IMG/VR virus record: IMGVR_UViG_3300008255_000254
Span: 1-37,035 of that record
Direction: 5' to 3' (one strand)
Origin: a virus
Taxonomy: Duplodnaviria > Caudoviricetes
DNA length: 37,035 nt
The notes beneath the pieces were generated by a model that made no database searches, had not been told where the DNA came from, and saw only the letters and a list, made by a program, of their open reading frames with translations. This document shows, piece after piece, positions 18,919 to 27,503 of the stretch (the first letter of the stretch is position 1; each line of letters begins with the position of its first letter). A program made the position numbers and the translations under genes.

Positions 18919-19749
18919 TCACGGTGTCCACGGCAGGATACGGCCGTCGACGTAGTCGGTGTGCTTGAGGATGCGGGCGAGGTTCACCTGTCGGATCGCG
19001 TCTGCTTCCGTCAAACCTGCCTCCGCAAACGCAGCCACGATAGCCTCCCACCGGGACCCGTAGGTCACGTCGTGTCGGCGGGTCTCGAACTGGCCCTTGC
19101 GGGCTCCGCTTTTGAGCTCGTGCTGGTAGCTCTCACGGACCACGAACTCGTCGAGGATGCGGTCGGCCGCCTTCGGTCCAATACCGGGACAACCGGCGTA
19201 GCCGTCGGTGGTGTCGCCTGCGAGGCCCTGCCAGAGCATGAAACGCTCGGCTAACTCCGGCTCGATTAGGCGGACGCCTTCCTTCTTCCCATCACGGTTC
19301 CGGCAAGGCCGATAGAACCAGCACGGGATCGTCTGCATATCCTTGTCGTCCGAGACAATGATGCGCCTGCCCTCGTGAGGTTCGGTCGCAAGGATGCCCA
19401 TGACATCGTCGGCTTCGAGACGGGGGATGCCCACGGAAGGCCACTCGGCGGCAAGCCATTCCTTGAGCTCATAGAGCTGGACAGGACGCTCGGAGCCGGC
19501 GCGGTTCTGCTTGTAGGTCTGGTCGACCTCCTTACGGAAATTGTCGACCTCGTCGGAGAGACAGACGATAACCTCATCGGCCTTGAGGATCGCCACGAGG
19601 TGCTCGATTTCGTCTTCGACGGCGGCCTTCATCTCGTCGAGGTCAGCCACTTGGCTCGTGACGCCGTCTCCCCAATCATAGTCCCGCTGTTTCGAGGCAG
19701 AGGCTTGATAGGCGAAGATGTCGGCGTCGAGGAGGAGGGCGGTGCTCAT
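18919..19749 (-). CDS. 5'-3' exonuclease (gp6-like)
   Basis: LLLDAD, NFRK...YKQNR, LEADDVMGI, VSDDKDMQTIP, GDTTDGYAGCPGIG, ARIL. Confidence 0.95.
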   Translation of the reverse strand: MSTALLLDADIFAYQASASKQRDYDWGDGVTSQVADLDEMKAAVEDEIEHLVAILKADEVIVCLSDEVDNFRKEVDQTYKQNRAGSERPVQLYELKEWLAAEWPSVGIPRLEADDVMGILATEPHEGRRIIVSDDKDMQTIPCWFYRPCRNRDGKKEGVRLIEPELAERFMLWQGLAGDTTDGYAGCPGIGPKAADRILDEFVVRESYQHELKSGARKGQFETRRHDVTYGSRWEAIVAAFAEAGLTEADAIRQVNLARILKHTDYVDGRILPWTP

Positions 19750-20075
19750 GCTGTGGCCCAAAGGCTATAGGCGAGGGCGCACAATGCGAAGGCGACCATC
19801 GGGAGTAGGTGCCAATCTCGCAGCGCCAATAAAGGTTCCTTCCAACCTTTGAGGCTCTCCCAAACGCCCTTGCCGTTGAACAAGCGGCGGATGGCGTAGC
19901 TCCGGGCGAAGCTCACGATGGTATAGGCGACCGCGATGCCGATGTTCGTGGCGGCCGAGATGGTGACGCCGAGGAACCACGGCAGGAGGATCGCGTTGGC
20001 GGTGAAGGAGACGATGAGGCCGATGACGATGTTCGTCAGGGCCTCCATCGCGCTGTCGGTCTTGGATTGGCTCAT
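19746..20075 (-). CDS. Small membrane protein (DUF7220-like)
   Basis: MSQSKTDSAMEALTNIVIG...RSYAIRRLFN; hydrophobic segments; ATGA coupling; family name from recall. Confidence 0.7.
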   Translation of the reverse strand: MSQSKTDSAMEALTNIVIGLIVSFTANAILLPWFLGVTISAATNIGIAVAYTIVSFARSYAIRRLFNGKGVWESLKGWKEPLLALRDWHLLPMVAFALCALAYSLWATA

Positions 20076-20356
20076 TGCTTCGCCTCCGGGCAGGGGTTCT
20101 TGTTCGCGGCTTCGAGCCGTTCGACGTGCCCCTCCAGAACCCGCCGGTCAGCCAAAGCTGTCTTCGCCAGATCGAACAGGCCAGCGCCTGGTTGCACCTT
20201 GGGGCGCACCGGGGCGGGGGCCTGCACGGGCTCGCAAGGAACCGGCACGGGAATGAGGACCTCTGTGGGAGGACCGGGGATGGTTCGGGTGGTGGCGCAG
20301 GCAGGCACCGTCAGGATGATCCCGATGGCGATGAGCCAGCGTTGCAGGCGGGTCAT
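20072..20356 (-). CDS. Outer-membrane lipoprotein, probable o-spanin
   Basis: Signal peptide ending VPA-C (lipobox-like), Pro-rich PTEVLIPVPVPC, C-terminal helix. Confidence 0.7.
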   Translation of the reverse strand: MTRLQRWLIAIGIILTVPACATTRTIPGPPTEVLIPVPVPCEPVQAPAPVRPKVQPGAGLFDLAKTALADRRVLEGHVERLEAANKNPCPEAKQ

Positions 20357-20643
20357 CCTTCGTCTTCCTCCCAAAGTTCTTCCATCGCGAAGTCGTAGCC
20401 GCTCCAGTTGTCGACCCCGGCGCTCTCAAGAGCTCGGAGCTTACGGAGGTCTTCCTCGACGTCGGCGGGAAGATCGACTGTGTCCACCGAGTAGGAGACA
20501 GGGCAGTCGTCATCGTATTCTTGTGGGAGCAGATCACGGTAGCGGGCGTGAACTTCGTCTTCGGTCGGGCGTTTGTCGAACAACAGAACGGGGATGTCGT
20601 CTCCGCTCTCCGTTCGCCCATAGGTGGCGAACAATTTGGTCAT
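20353..20643 (-). CDS. Hypothetical acidic protein
   Basis: ATGA-coupled at both ends; LRALESAGVDNWSGYDFAME motif seen in phage proteins. Confidence 0.75.
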   Translation of the reverse strand: MTKLFATYGRTESGDDIPVLLFDKRPTEDEVHARYRDLLPQEYDDDCPVSYSVDTVDLPADVEEDLRKLRALESAGVDNWSGYDFAMEELWEEDEG

Positions 20644-21020
20644 TGGCTCATCTCCTGTTCGAGAAGGGTGCGGGCGGCACGGCACTCGGCCAGCTCATCG
20701 GCGAACTGACTTTGCAGCCCGAGAAGCTGCGCGGCGCGGTCGTCCTTGGCGGTGGCCCGCTGGTCGGCTCGGGCGTAGTCCTGCAGGTAGATCGTGCGAC
20801 CCTCGGTGCGGCGTTCGGCGAGCGCCTCGATGGATTGGTTCTGGCTGGCGATGGCCTCGCCGAAGCCCTGCAGGGCGTTCTCTTGGGACGTGATGGTCTG
20901 GGCGCGGGAGGCCGCAAGGGTCTCCGCGTCATTCGCCCGGTCGCGCTGGTAGAGACCGAACGCGACCAGAGCGGCGATGATGAGGAACGGCCAGTAGCGG
21001 CCGAGGAGGCGGGCAATCAT
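20640..21020 (-). CDS. Probable i-spanin (Rz-like)
   Basis: Single N-terminal TM followed by long coiled coil and late Cys. Confidence 0.65.
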   Translation of the reverse strand: MIARLLGRYWPFLIIAALVAFGLYQRDRANDAETLAASRAQTITSQENALQGFGEAIASQNQSIEALAERRTEGRTIYLQDYARADQRATAKDDRAAQLLGLQSQFADELAECRAARTLLEQEMSQ

Positions 21021-21223
21021 TCGGGTCTCCGAAGGTCGGCGAGCGCCATTGTCAGGTCCATACTGGCGCGCTTGAGGGCGGCTGTGGCTCGGGTGTCGTT
21101 GATGACGAAGAAGCTGTGCTTGTCGCTAAGTTTGCGCAGCTCGAAGGCTTCCGCAGCCGGGTTGACCCGGTCTAGGAAACGCTGCGCTTCTTGAGCTGCT
21201 CGGATGATTTTCTCGGGGTTCAT
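21017..21223 (-). CDS. Hypothetical protein, 68 aa
   Basis: MNPEKIIRAAQEAQRFL...TAALKRASMDLTMALADLRR; GGAGG RBS; ATGA coupling. Confidence 0.75.
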   Translation of the reverse strand: MNPEKIIRAAQEAQRFLDRVNPAAEAFELRKLSDKHSFFVINDTRATAALKRASMDLTMALADLRRPE

Positions 21224-21474
21224 TCGGATGCCTCCGGTTCGTCTTTGCGCTTCGCCCACAGGGCTCCGCCGGTTGCTGCTAGGATGGCCGCCGCGCCCGC
21301 GCCGTAGTTGCTCGGGTCGAACGGATTTTCGTTGAGGACGACGTCCCACGCCGCGAGGGCGAGGAACTGCGCGCCGATCAGGATGGAGCCGATGCGGATG
21401 ACATCGGGGGTCCGGTTGTCCCGGCTGGAGGTCAGCGCGCGGACCCACCGGAGGACCGTGCGGAACAGGGTCAC
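21220..21474 (-). CDS. Probable holin (two TM segments)
   Basis: 84 aa, two hydrophobic segments, charged C-terminus, near spanin-like genes. Confidence 0.6.
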   Translation of the reverse strand: MTLFRTVLRWVRALTSSRDNRTPDVIRIGSILIGAQFLALAAWDVVLNENPFDPSNYGAGAAAILAATGGALWAKRKDEPEASE

Positions 21475-21800
21475 GGGCGGAGGCGGGTTTTCAGTCCGAC
21501 CTTTTCGGAGGTCGCGTTGAACTTAGCGGCAACGGCCGCGTCAAGGTCGATGCCCTCGGCCATCGCGATAAGGTCCGCGCAGATGATTACATCAGCGAGT
21601 TCCTCCGCGAGGTGCTCGATTGTGTCGCGTGAACCGCGGATGCCGAGGCGCTCGCGCTCGATTTTCTTGATGACGTTACAGGCTTCGCCTGCTTCGCCAG
21701 CCAGCTCGTTGCCACGGTATGCCAGCGTGATGCGGCTGTCGCCGTCCCACTCTGCTTGCCGCGCCACGTTGGCGGCCCGCAGGGTTTGATAGGTGCTCAC
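21471..21800 (-). CDS. mazG: MazG-like nucleotide pyrophosphohydrolase
   Basis: ELAGEAGEACNVIKK...LAEELADVII...KFN; GTG start by GTGA overlap. Confidence 0.88.
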   Translation of the reverse strand: MSTYQTLRAANVARQAEWDGDSRITLAYRGNELAGEAGEACNVIKKIERERLGIRGSRDTIEHLAEELADVIICADLIAMAEGIDLDAAVAAKFNATSEKVGLKTRLRP

Positions 21801-22030
21801 AGGTAGAAGTAGCTCAAAGGCTTGGTGAAGATGGCGAAGAAGTCGCGGATGGTCGACCGCTGGAACCACAGGCGGAAGCCGTCCTGCCATGTGCGGAACG
21901 TGGTGTAACCCCACTCGCCCCGGCTTTCGATCCATGCCCAAGGCAGTGCCGACAGGAAGATGAACGGGTAGAGCAGGAAATAGACGAACAGGGCGACGCG
22001 GATTGCGAAGTTGCGGTAGATGGCTTTCAT
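21797..22030 (-). CDS. Hypothetical membrane protein, 77 aa
   Basis: Aromatic-rich TM segment; tight packing with neighbours. Confidence 0.65.
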   Translation of the reverse strand: MKAIYRNFAIRVALFVYFLLYPFIFLSALPWAWIESRGEWGYTTFRTWQDGFRLWFQRSTIRDFFAIFTKPLSYFYL

Positions 22031-22031
22031 G

Positions 22032-22502
22032 TCAGGTTCTCCGGGGCGGCGGGGCGCCGCGCTCGATTGCTGCGAAGAACTCTGCGATGTCGTAGAGCTC
22101 TTGCGGTGTGGCGTCGTTCTTGATGCGGTTGGCCCGCTGCGAGATGACGATGACGTTCCCCGGCACGTAGCCGAGGCGTGGGACTATCCGGTCGAGGGAG
22201 GGCGCGTTGTCGCGCTCCCCTGTCGCGAGGGGGATGTGTAGGACGGGGCAGGTCTCCGGCATGGAGATGTCGCCCGCTTCGATGGTGAAGGGGAGGCCAC
22301 GGGACTTGGCGCGGGATCGCGCCGCCGAGAGCATCCGAGAAACGGCCGGGGTCGGTCGTGTAGCTCTCCGCTCAAGGCGGATGCACTCGCCGCATCGGCC
22401 ACGGAAGCCGGAGGGGTGCGACTTGTCCGCAAACTCCAGCTCCGGCTTCCATTCCCCGCACGTCGAACAGCGCCTCTGCGGCGCCGGTGCGGTATTCTTC
22501 AT
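22032..22502 (-). CDS. Free-standing HNH-type (His-Me finger) endonuclease
   Basis: N-terminal CxxC...CxxC; CPVLHIPL...SLDRIVPRLGYVPGNVIVISQRANRIK; AAGGAG RBS. Confidence 0.82.
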   Translation of the reverse strand: MKNTAPAPQRRCSTCGEWKPELEFADKSHPSGFRGRCGECIRLERRATRPTPAVSRMLSAARSRAKSRGLPFTIEAGDISMPETCPVLHIPLATGERDNAPSLDRIVPRLGYVPGNVIVISQRANRIKNDATPQELYDIAEFFAAIERGAPPPRRT

Positions 22503-22641
22503 GCTTCTCCTTGATGCTTCTCGATGTAGCTGACGAGGGCCTTGAGCTCGGCCAAGGAGGCGTCGGCTTTCAGGCGGTTCGCCCGCTCGGCGCAGGGCCG
22601 GGGCGTTTACGGCCCTCGGAAGGGCCGGTAGGTTTGGTCAA
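22499..22641 (-). pseudogene. Internally deleted HNH endonuclease remnant
   Basis: AAGGAG + TTG start; out-of-frame 3' part reads ERANRLKADASLAELKALVSYIE, aligning to QRANRIKNDATPQELYDIAEFF of the adjacent nuclease; 143 nt. Confidence 0.65.
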
Positions 22642-22649
22642 GTTTCTCC

Positions 22650-24620
22650 TTAGTGGGTCTGGGCCCAATTCGCGCCGATGTCGCTGGAACCTGCGAGGAC
22701 GCACCGAACTCCGAGGGCAACCCCGGCGTCTCGGATAGCATCTCGCCCCATCTCTGCGACTATTTCGGCCAGATGCGTCGGAACCTCAATTTGGTATTCA
22801 TCGTGGACGTTGACTACGAAGCCCATGACGTGATTGCCCTTGCGGTATTCTCCGGTGAACAGGTCGGGGACCCATCCATCGGCCCGCAGGCGCTCGTCGA
22901 GGATCACCAGTGCCTTCTTCATCACGATAGCGCCGTTGCCCTGCAGGAGGGTGTTGAGCGCCGCGTGAGCCGAGCGGACGATGAGGATGCCGCCGTCGAG
23001 GGACGGGAGCCAGCCACGTTTGGCGAGCTTCTGAACCTTCTCTTGCAGCTTGCCGAGAGCCGGCAGACCTTCCTCGACGCGAACGCGGGCTTGCTTCCCG
23101 AGACGGGCGAGGGCCTGTTCGCGCTTCTGACCGGCCGGGTGCTTGGCGTTGAACGCTTCGCGCTGCGGACCTGTCATGTCCTCGTAGATGACCATGCCGA
23201 GTTTCAGCAGGCCAGCTCCATAGAGGTAGGCGTATATCCACGTCTTCGCGGAGTTGCGGCTGTTGAGGCGGATGAGGCGCTGGTTGACGGTGTGAACGTC
23301 GGTGCCGTCTTCCTTCTTCCCGTCGACTACCGTGCGGCCGTATGCACCCCCGTCGTGTTTCGCCATGTAGTGAGCGAGCATACGAAGCTCCAAGCCTTCG
23401 GCGTCGCAGCCGACGAGCTTGTTACCGGAGGCCACTGTGAACAGCGACCGGCACTCCTCCCCGAACGGCACCTTGCCCTTGGCGTTCACCAAAGAGGGCA
23501 CTTGAGCCATGTTGGGGGTCGAGTGCGTCATCCGTCGGGTGATGGCCCCGAGGGTGTTCACGCGTCCGTGGATGCGACCGTCAGGCCCGACGGATTTCCG
23601 CCATGCCTGCTTGCCTCCGGCGAGCTGGCCGAGACGCTTCTCGATGGTCAGGAAGTCCACCAGCAGAGCGGCCTCGGGAATGTGGTCGAGGGCCGCGAGA
23701 GTGGTTTCGTCGACCGCCGGTTTACCGCCGGGGGTGAACTCGACCGGGCTCCAATCGTAGAGGGTCTTGAGGCGGTTCGCGATGTGGTCACGGGAGGCGG
23801 GGTTGAACGAGACGAGCTTCATTTTCGTCATCGGAACCCCGGCGGTGTAGCCGAGCTTCTTGTTGTCCCGCTTGGGGATGAAGATGACCGGCTTGCCGGC
23901 CTTCCTCTCGGGCTCATACCATGCCGGGAACGCAGCCAGCAGGCGGTCATAGACCTCTGCTCTCTGCATCCGCAGGACGCGCTCAAGACCGTCGGCGGCG
24001 GCGTCATCGAACAGGAAGCCGTAGCGTTCCTGCATGGCGATGATACGTGCCGTCTCGTATTCGAGGTCGAGCGCGTCCTGCGCGGGCTCCTTCGAGACGA
24101 TCCTGTCCCAAAGGGCCTCGGTGGTCACGGGGTCCTGCTCGGCGTAGCTCTCCATCTCTTGAGTGAAGGAGTGCCATTCGCCCTCGTAGTCCTTCTTGAG
24201 GACACCGAGCCGGAAGCCCCACGCTTTCAACGAGTGGGAACCGATGAGCTTGCCCGTGAACTCGGGCGGGTATTTCTTCTTGAGAAGTAGGCGTTGATCC
24301 TTGTCGCGGATGTCAGGCCACACGTAGCGAGCGGCGATGAGGGTGTCGTGAACCTTGCCCTCGGGACGCCAACCGGGATGCACCTTTGCGATGGCGGGGT
24401 TGTCGAAGGCGATGACGTTGTGCCCGCAGATCGCCGGAGCTTTCCGCAGGCGTTCGAGGCCCTCCTCGATTGACCCGTCGCTGGGCGCCGGGGAGCCGTC
24501 AGCGAAGGCGCCGCCGTTATAGCGCGCCCGTTCGCCCGTCTCTTTATCGAGGATGTGGAGGGTGTGGATTTTGGTCAGCTCGTCGAGGAGACCGTCGGTC
24601 TCGATGTCGTAAATCAGCAT
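22650..24620 (-). CDS. DNA polymerase, family A (T7 gp5-like)
   Basis: YDIETDG exonuclease motif, HSLKAWG, GCDAEGLELR, AKTWIYAYLYG, VHDEYQ; GGAG RBS before ATG 24620. Confidence 0.97.
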   Translation of the reverse strand: MLIYDIETDGLLDELTKIHTLHILDKETGERARYNGGAFADGSPAPSDGSIEEGLERLRKAPAICGHNVIAFDNPAIAKVHPGWRPEGKVHDTLIAARYVWPDIRDKDQRLLLKKKYPPEFTGKLIGSHSLKAWGFRLGVLKKDYEGEWHSFTQEMESYAEQDPVTTEALWDRIVSKEPAQDALDLEYETARIIAMQERYGFLFDDAAADGLERVLRMQRAEVYDRLLAAFPAWYEPERKAGKPVIFIPKRDNKKLGYTAGVPMTKMKLVSFNPASRDHIANRLKTLYDWSPVEFTPGGKPAVDETTLAALDHIPEAALLVDFLTIEKRLGQLAGGKQAWRKSVGPDGRIHGRVNTLGAITRRMTHSTPNMAQVPSLVNAKGKVPFGEECRSLFTVASGNKLVGCDAEGLELRMLAHYMAKHDGGAYGRTVVDGKKEDGTDVHTVNQRLIRLNSRNSAKTWIYAYLYGAGLLKLGMVIYEDMTGPQREAFNAKHPAGQKREQALARLGKQARVRVEEGLPALGKLQEKVQKLAKRGWLPSLDGGILIVRSAHAALNTLLQGNGAIVMKKALVILDERLRADGWVPDLFTGEYRKGNHVMGFVVNVHDEYQIEVPTHLAEIVAEMGRDAIRDAGVALGVRCVLAGSSDIGANWAQTH

Positions 24621-24630
24621 GGGGGTCTCC

Positions 24631-24664
24631 AGAAAACGAAAAGGGGGAGCCCGAAGGCTCCCCC
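24631..24664 (-). terminator. Intrinsic terminator immediately upstream of polymerase gene
   Basis: GGGGGAGCC-UUCG-GGCUCCCCC then UUUUCGUUUU. Confidence 0.85.
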
Positions 24665-24665
24665 G

Positions 24666-24801
24666 TGGGTTGTCGGGTGGGCCCGACATCGGCGTCTCAA
24701 GCGGTGGTCAGCCCGCGAGCGCCTCGTGAAACTGTGCAGGTTTGTTTTGACAGGAGAGCCTGCGGTCCTGTGGTCCTCGGGAGCGACCCGAGTTTGCGCT
24801 G
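24666..24801 (-). ncRNA. Putative structured RNA with H-type pseudoknot
   Basis: Hairpin CUCGGG/CCCGAG, pseudoknot ACAGGA/UCCUGU + GCAGG/CCUGC with A-rich loop, two more hairpins. Confidence 0.45.
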
Positions 24802-25029
24802 TTACTTGGGCAGAGCCGACAGACGCTCACGCGCTGCGGCGGCGTTGCCGAGGCGAACGTCAGCTTCGACGTGCCGGTCGTAGCTGGTGCGGATGGCGCT
24901 GCGCAGGCTGGTGCGGTAGGCAGTCTCACGCTCGACAGCAGCCAGAGCGCGGGTTTCGATGAAAGCGTAAAGACGCTCCAACGACAGGATTAAGAACGCC
25001 ACGAGGCGCAGCAGGAACTTGTCGAACAT
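24802..25029 (-). CDS. Hypothetical protein, T7 gp4.3-like
   Basis: 75 aa, AGGAG RBS, first gene after a phage promoter between helicase and polymerase; helical MFxxxxxL...LxRLY pattern. Confidence 0.65.
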   Translation of the reverse strand: MFDKFLLRLVAFLILSLERLYAFIETRALAAVERETAYRTSLRSAIRTSYDRHVEADVRLGNAAAARERLSALPK

Positions 25030-25058
25030 GGTGGAACTCCTAGGGAAATGGGAAAGCG

Positions 25059-25090
25059 AATGTTTCAGCCGTCAAGGGGTGGCAGTAATT
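25059..25090 (-). promoter_or_regulatory. Phage RNAP promoter, predicted +1 at 25073
   Basis: AATTACTGCCACCCCTT-GACGGCTGAAACATT. Confidence 0.85.
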
Positions 25091-25649
25091 ACCGGGTGCC
25101 GAAGGTCTCGGGGCGGTTCCGCGAGGCGCGGCTCGGCGGGAGGCCGTGTTTCGCTTCGAGGTATTCTTGGTAGCCAGCGAGAGCTCGCCAGCAGACCATC
25201 GCCCAATGGTCGTTGCCCTTGTCGTCGACGGTGTGGGTGTCGACGAGGTGGCGCAGGATTTTGTTGCGGTGGTCGAGGGACTTGGTGCGGTCCCAATGCA
25301 TCCCCTCGTCCGGGTGGTGCTGCTGCGTTGCCCGGAAGGACAGCCGCGAGACCTCGGCGAGAGCGTTGGGGAAGTAATCGAGCAGCCCTTCGGCCATCGG
25401 ATACTCGGTGCGGGCTTCGGCGTCCTCCACGAGGGAGGGCGGGGGCGGTGCGGCCTGTTCGTTTTCCGCATCCGGTTCCCAAAGCGTCAGCTTACCGGCC
25501 GAACAGCCGGAAGCTACGCAGTCCTCCGCGGTGCGGGAGCGGTGGAGGCAATTCATGCAGGAGCGCGGGTAGCAACTATCACAGTTGCGCGCGTGACATT
25601 GGAGGCCCGCGCAATTCACACGAGCCGCTCGGAGACTATAATCTCTCAT
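25089..25649 (-). CDS. dATP/dGTP diphosphohydrolase-domain (DUF5664-like) protein with Cys-rich N-terminus
   Basis: GLLDYFPNALAEVSR...QHHP...HWDRTKS.DH...RHL...CWRALA; start uncertain. Confidence 0.7.
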   Translation of the reverse strand: MRDYSLRAARVNCAGLQCHARNCDSCYPRSCMNCLHRSRTAEDCVASGCSAGKLTLWEPDAENEQAAPPPPSLVEDAEARTEYPMAEGLLDYFPNALAEVSRLSFRATQQHHPDEGMHWDRTKSLDHRNKILRHLVDTHTVDDKGNDHWAMVCWRALAGYQEYLEAKHGLPPSRASRNRPETFGTR

Positions 25650-27315
25650 CGGCGGTTTCATCCTTGAACGGTTTATCGTCGCTGGTGGGGATGGGCGCTT
25701 CGTCCATTAAGCCGGTCTCCCGGTTGTAGGAAAATGCGCAGAAGACGCCGACGGCGTCTCCGGTGAGGCGGTCCTTGAGACCGCGGACTGACGTGGGGCA
25801 GTCGGGGTCCTGCTTGTCGCGCTCCAGACCCATCATGTAGTGGGCCCAATAGGCGACGGCGCGGGAGCCTCGAAAGTGCTTCTCGGTTATCCTGCCTCCA
25901 TCCTCGTGTGACTTGCCCTCCGGTGTGGAGAGGTGGCTGACGAGGTGGATCGTGATGCCGAGCTCCTCGGCAAGACCGGCCAGCTCCGACATCATCGCGT
26001 CGAGAGCTCGCCGCTCGTCCTCGACCGTGGCGACCAGAGCGGTCATCGGGTCGATGAAGAAGTCGAGAACTCCCTCCGAGTGATAGAGGAACCGGATGGT
26101 GGCCTTGACGTCCTCCCACGAGCGGCTGGACGGCTTGATGGGGAAGTAGAGCCCCTTGAAGCTCTCCATGACGGCGCGGTGCTCGTCCCGGTCGTATTCG
26201 GTTCCCGGCACATGAACCCGTTTTCCCATCACCATTCCGGCGAGGGTCTTGAGGGTGTGTGTGGGAGCCTCCTCGAAGAACAGCGAAGCCACCTTGCGAG
26301 CCTTTGCTGGCGCAATGCCGAGCTCGGAGTGGTCGTCGTTCATTTCAGGACGCATGGCCGCAGCCATGAGTTGCTTCATCAGGGTGGTCTTGCCCGATCC
26401 TGTGCCGGAGCCCCAGACGTAGAGCGCGGCGCGGCGGATGCCGTAGGTGTTCCGCGTCATGGTCAGCCACGGCCACGGGGTTCCCCACGAGACGTCCTCG
26501 GCGGCCGCGTCGATGATGTCTTCGAGGTCGATGATGGAGGACGGGCGGTAGGCGGAGGCGGACCACATGGCGTCCACGAGCTCCTTCGAGCGCCCCGCCT
26601 TGACCATCTCGTTTGCGTCCTTGAGAGGCAGCTTGGCGATGTAGGCTTTGCCGGGAGGCATGAGAGGGAGCACGTCTTCGAGAGCCTTGCGACCGTCCTC
26701 GTCCTCGTCGAGGCAGAAGACGACCTTCTCGAACCGTTCGAGGAACGGCAGGGCCTTCACGATGGTCTTCTTCGCAGATCCGGCGCCGCTCGGAAGCGAC
26801 ACGGCAGGCCACGACAGGCCCATCGCCTGCGTCACAGAGAGGGCGTCAATCTCGCCCTCGGTGATGACGAGCATCTTCCCGCCGTCACGGCAGAGGTGCT
26901 GCCCGAACAACGGCAGGGCCTTCTTGAGGTCCCCGAGGACGGTGAAGCCCTTTCCCGCAGTGCGGACCTTCTGGGCAACGACCTTCCCGGTCTCGTCATG
27001 GTAGTTCGCGATGTGGCATTTGCCGCCCTTGAACTGCCCGATCTTGTAGCCGTATTTCTCACAGACCTGCAGAGTGAGGCCGCGAGAGGGGATGGCTTCA
27101 ACCTCCCCTGTCAGGAGCGACGCTTTGTCCTTGCTCGGCCGGCTGGCCGGTTCCCAAGGTTCGTCGTCGCTGTCCTCGTCGACCTCCTGCGTTTTCCCGT
27201 AGGTCTCGCACTTGTGGCAGTAGGTGTGCCCGTCGTCATAGACGCCGTTCGCATCGCTGCTGCCGCAGGCTTCGCAGGAGGTCTTGTAGAGGAGCTCGCT
27301 TTCGCGAGAGCTCAA
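25636..27315 (-). CDS. Primase-helicase (T7 gp4-like)
   Basis: CxxC-GSSDA...CxxC zinc finger, ITEGEIDALS TOPRIM, DEDEDG, Walker A GTGSGKTT, LVSHL, FRGS; TTG start overlapping TGA. Confidence 0.96.
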   Translation of the reverse strand: MSSRESELLYKTSCEACGSSDANGVYDDGHTYCHKCETYGKTQEVDEDSDDEPWEPASRPSKDKASLLTGEVEAIPSRGLTLQVCEKYGYKIGQFKGGKCHIANYHDETGKVVAQKVRTAGKGFTVLGDLKKALPLFGQHLCRDGGKMLVITEGEIDALSVTQAMGLSWPAVSLPSGAGSAKKTIVKALPFLERFEKVVFCLDEDEDGRKALEDVLPLMPPGKAYIAKLPLKDANEMVKAGRSKELVDAMWSASAYRPSSIIDLEDIIDAAAEDVSWGTPWPWLTMTRNTYGIRRAALYVWGSGTGSGKTTLMKQLMAAAMRPEMNDDHSELGIAPAKARKVASLFFEEAPTHTLKTLAGMVMGKRVHVPGTEYDRDEHRAVMESFKGLYFPIKPSSRSWEDVKATIRFLYHSEGVLDFFIDPMTALVATVEDERRALDAMMSELAGLAEELGITIHLVSHLSTPEGKSHEDGGRITEKHFRGSRAVAYWAHYMMGLERDKQDPDCPTSVRGLKDRLTGDAVGVFCAFSYNRETGLMDEAPIPTSDDKPFKDETADERL

Positions 27316-27503
27316 CGCTTCTTCCGCTTGGGACGCGGCGGCGTCGAGATGGCCGGCTCATAGATCGCCGGGAACTTGGCGTTCGCTGTGTCGATCCCAA
27401 GCTGTTCGGCGAGGCCCGCAAAGGCAATGGCGAGAGCTCCGGGGCGGCGGATCAGGAGCCGCGCTTGGTTCTTCGGTTTGAAGGTCTTGGTTTCGAGGGT
27501 CAT
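27312..27503 (-). CDS. Hypothetical protein, 63 aa
   Basis: Coupled to both neighbours (ATGA, TTGA). Confidence 0.65.
   Translation of the reverse strand: MTLETKTFKPKNQARLLIRRPGALAIAFAGLAEQLGIDTANAKFPAIYEPAISTPPRPKRKKR

Noticed and set aside
18872-18955. Plus-strand 27-aa ORF with perfect AGGAG RBS
   Set aside because: Runs antisense across the promoter and exonuclease end with no evident plus-strand promoter; better explained as the complement of the sRNA seed, though not excluded
22032-24620. Intron or intein in polA linked to the HNH gene
   Set aside because: polA is continuous with all motifs at normal length; the nuclease is free-standing downstream
24736-24800. Assignment to preQ1-I, SAM-II or c-di-GMP-I riboswitch
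   Set aside because: Only architecture or a partial motif matches; ligand-binding consensus bases not recognised
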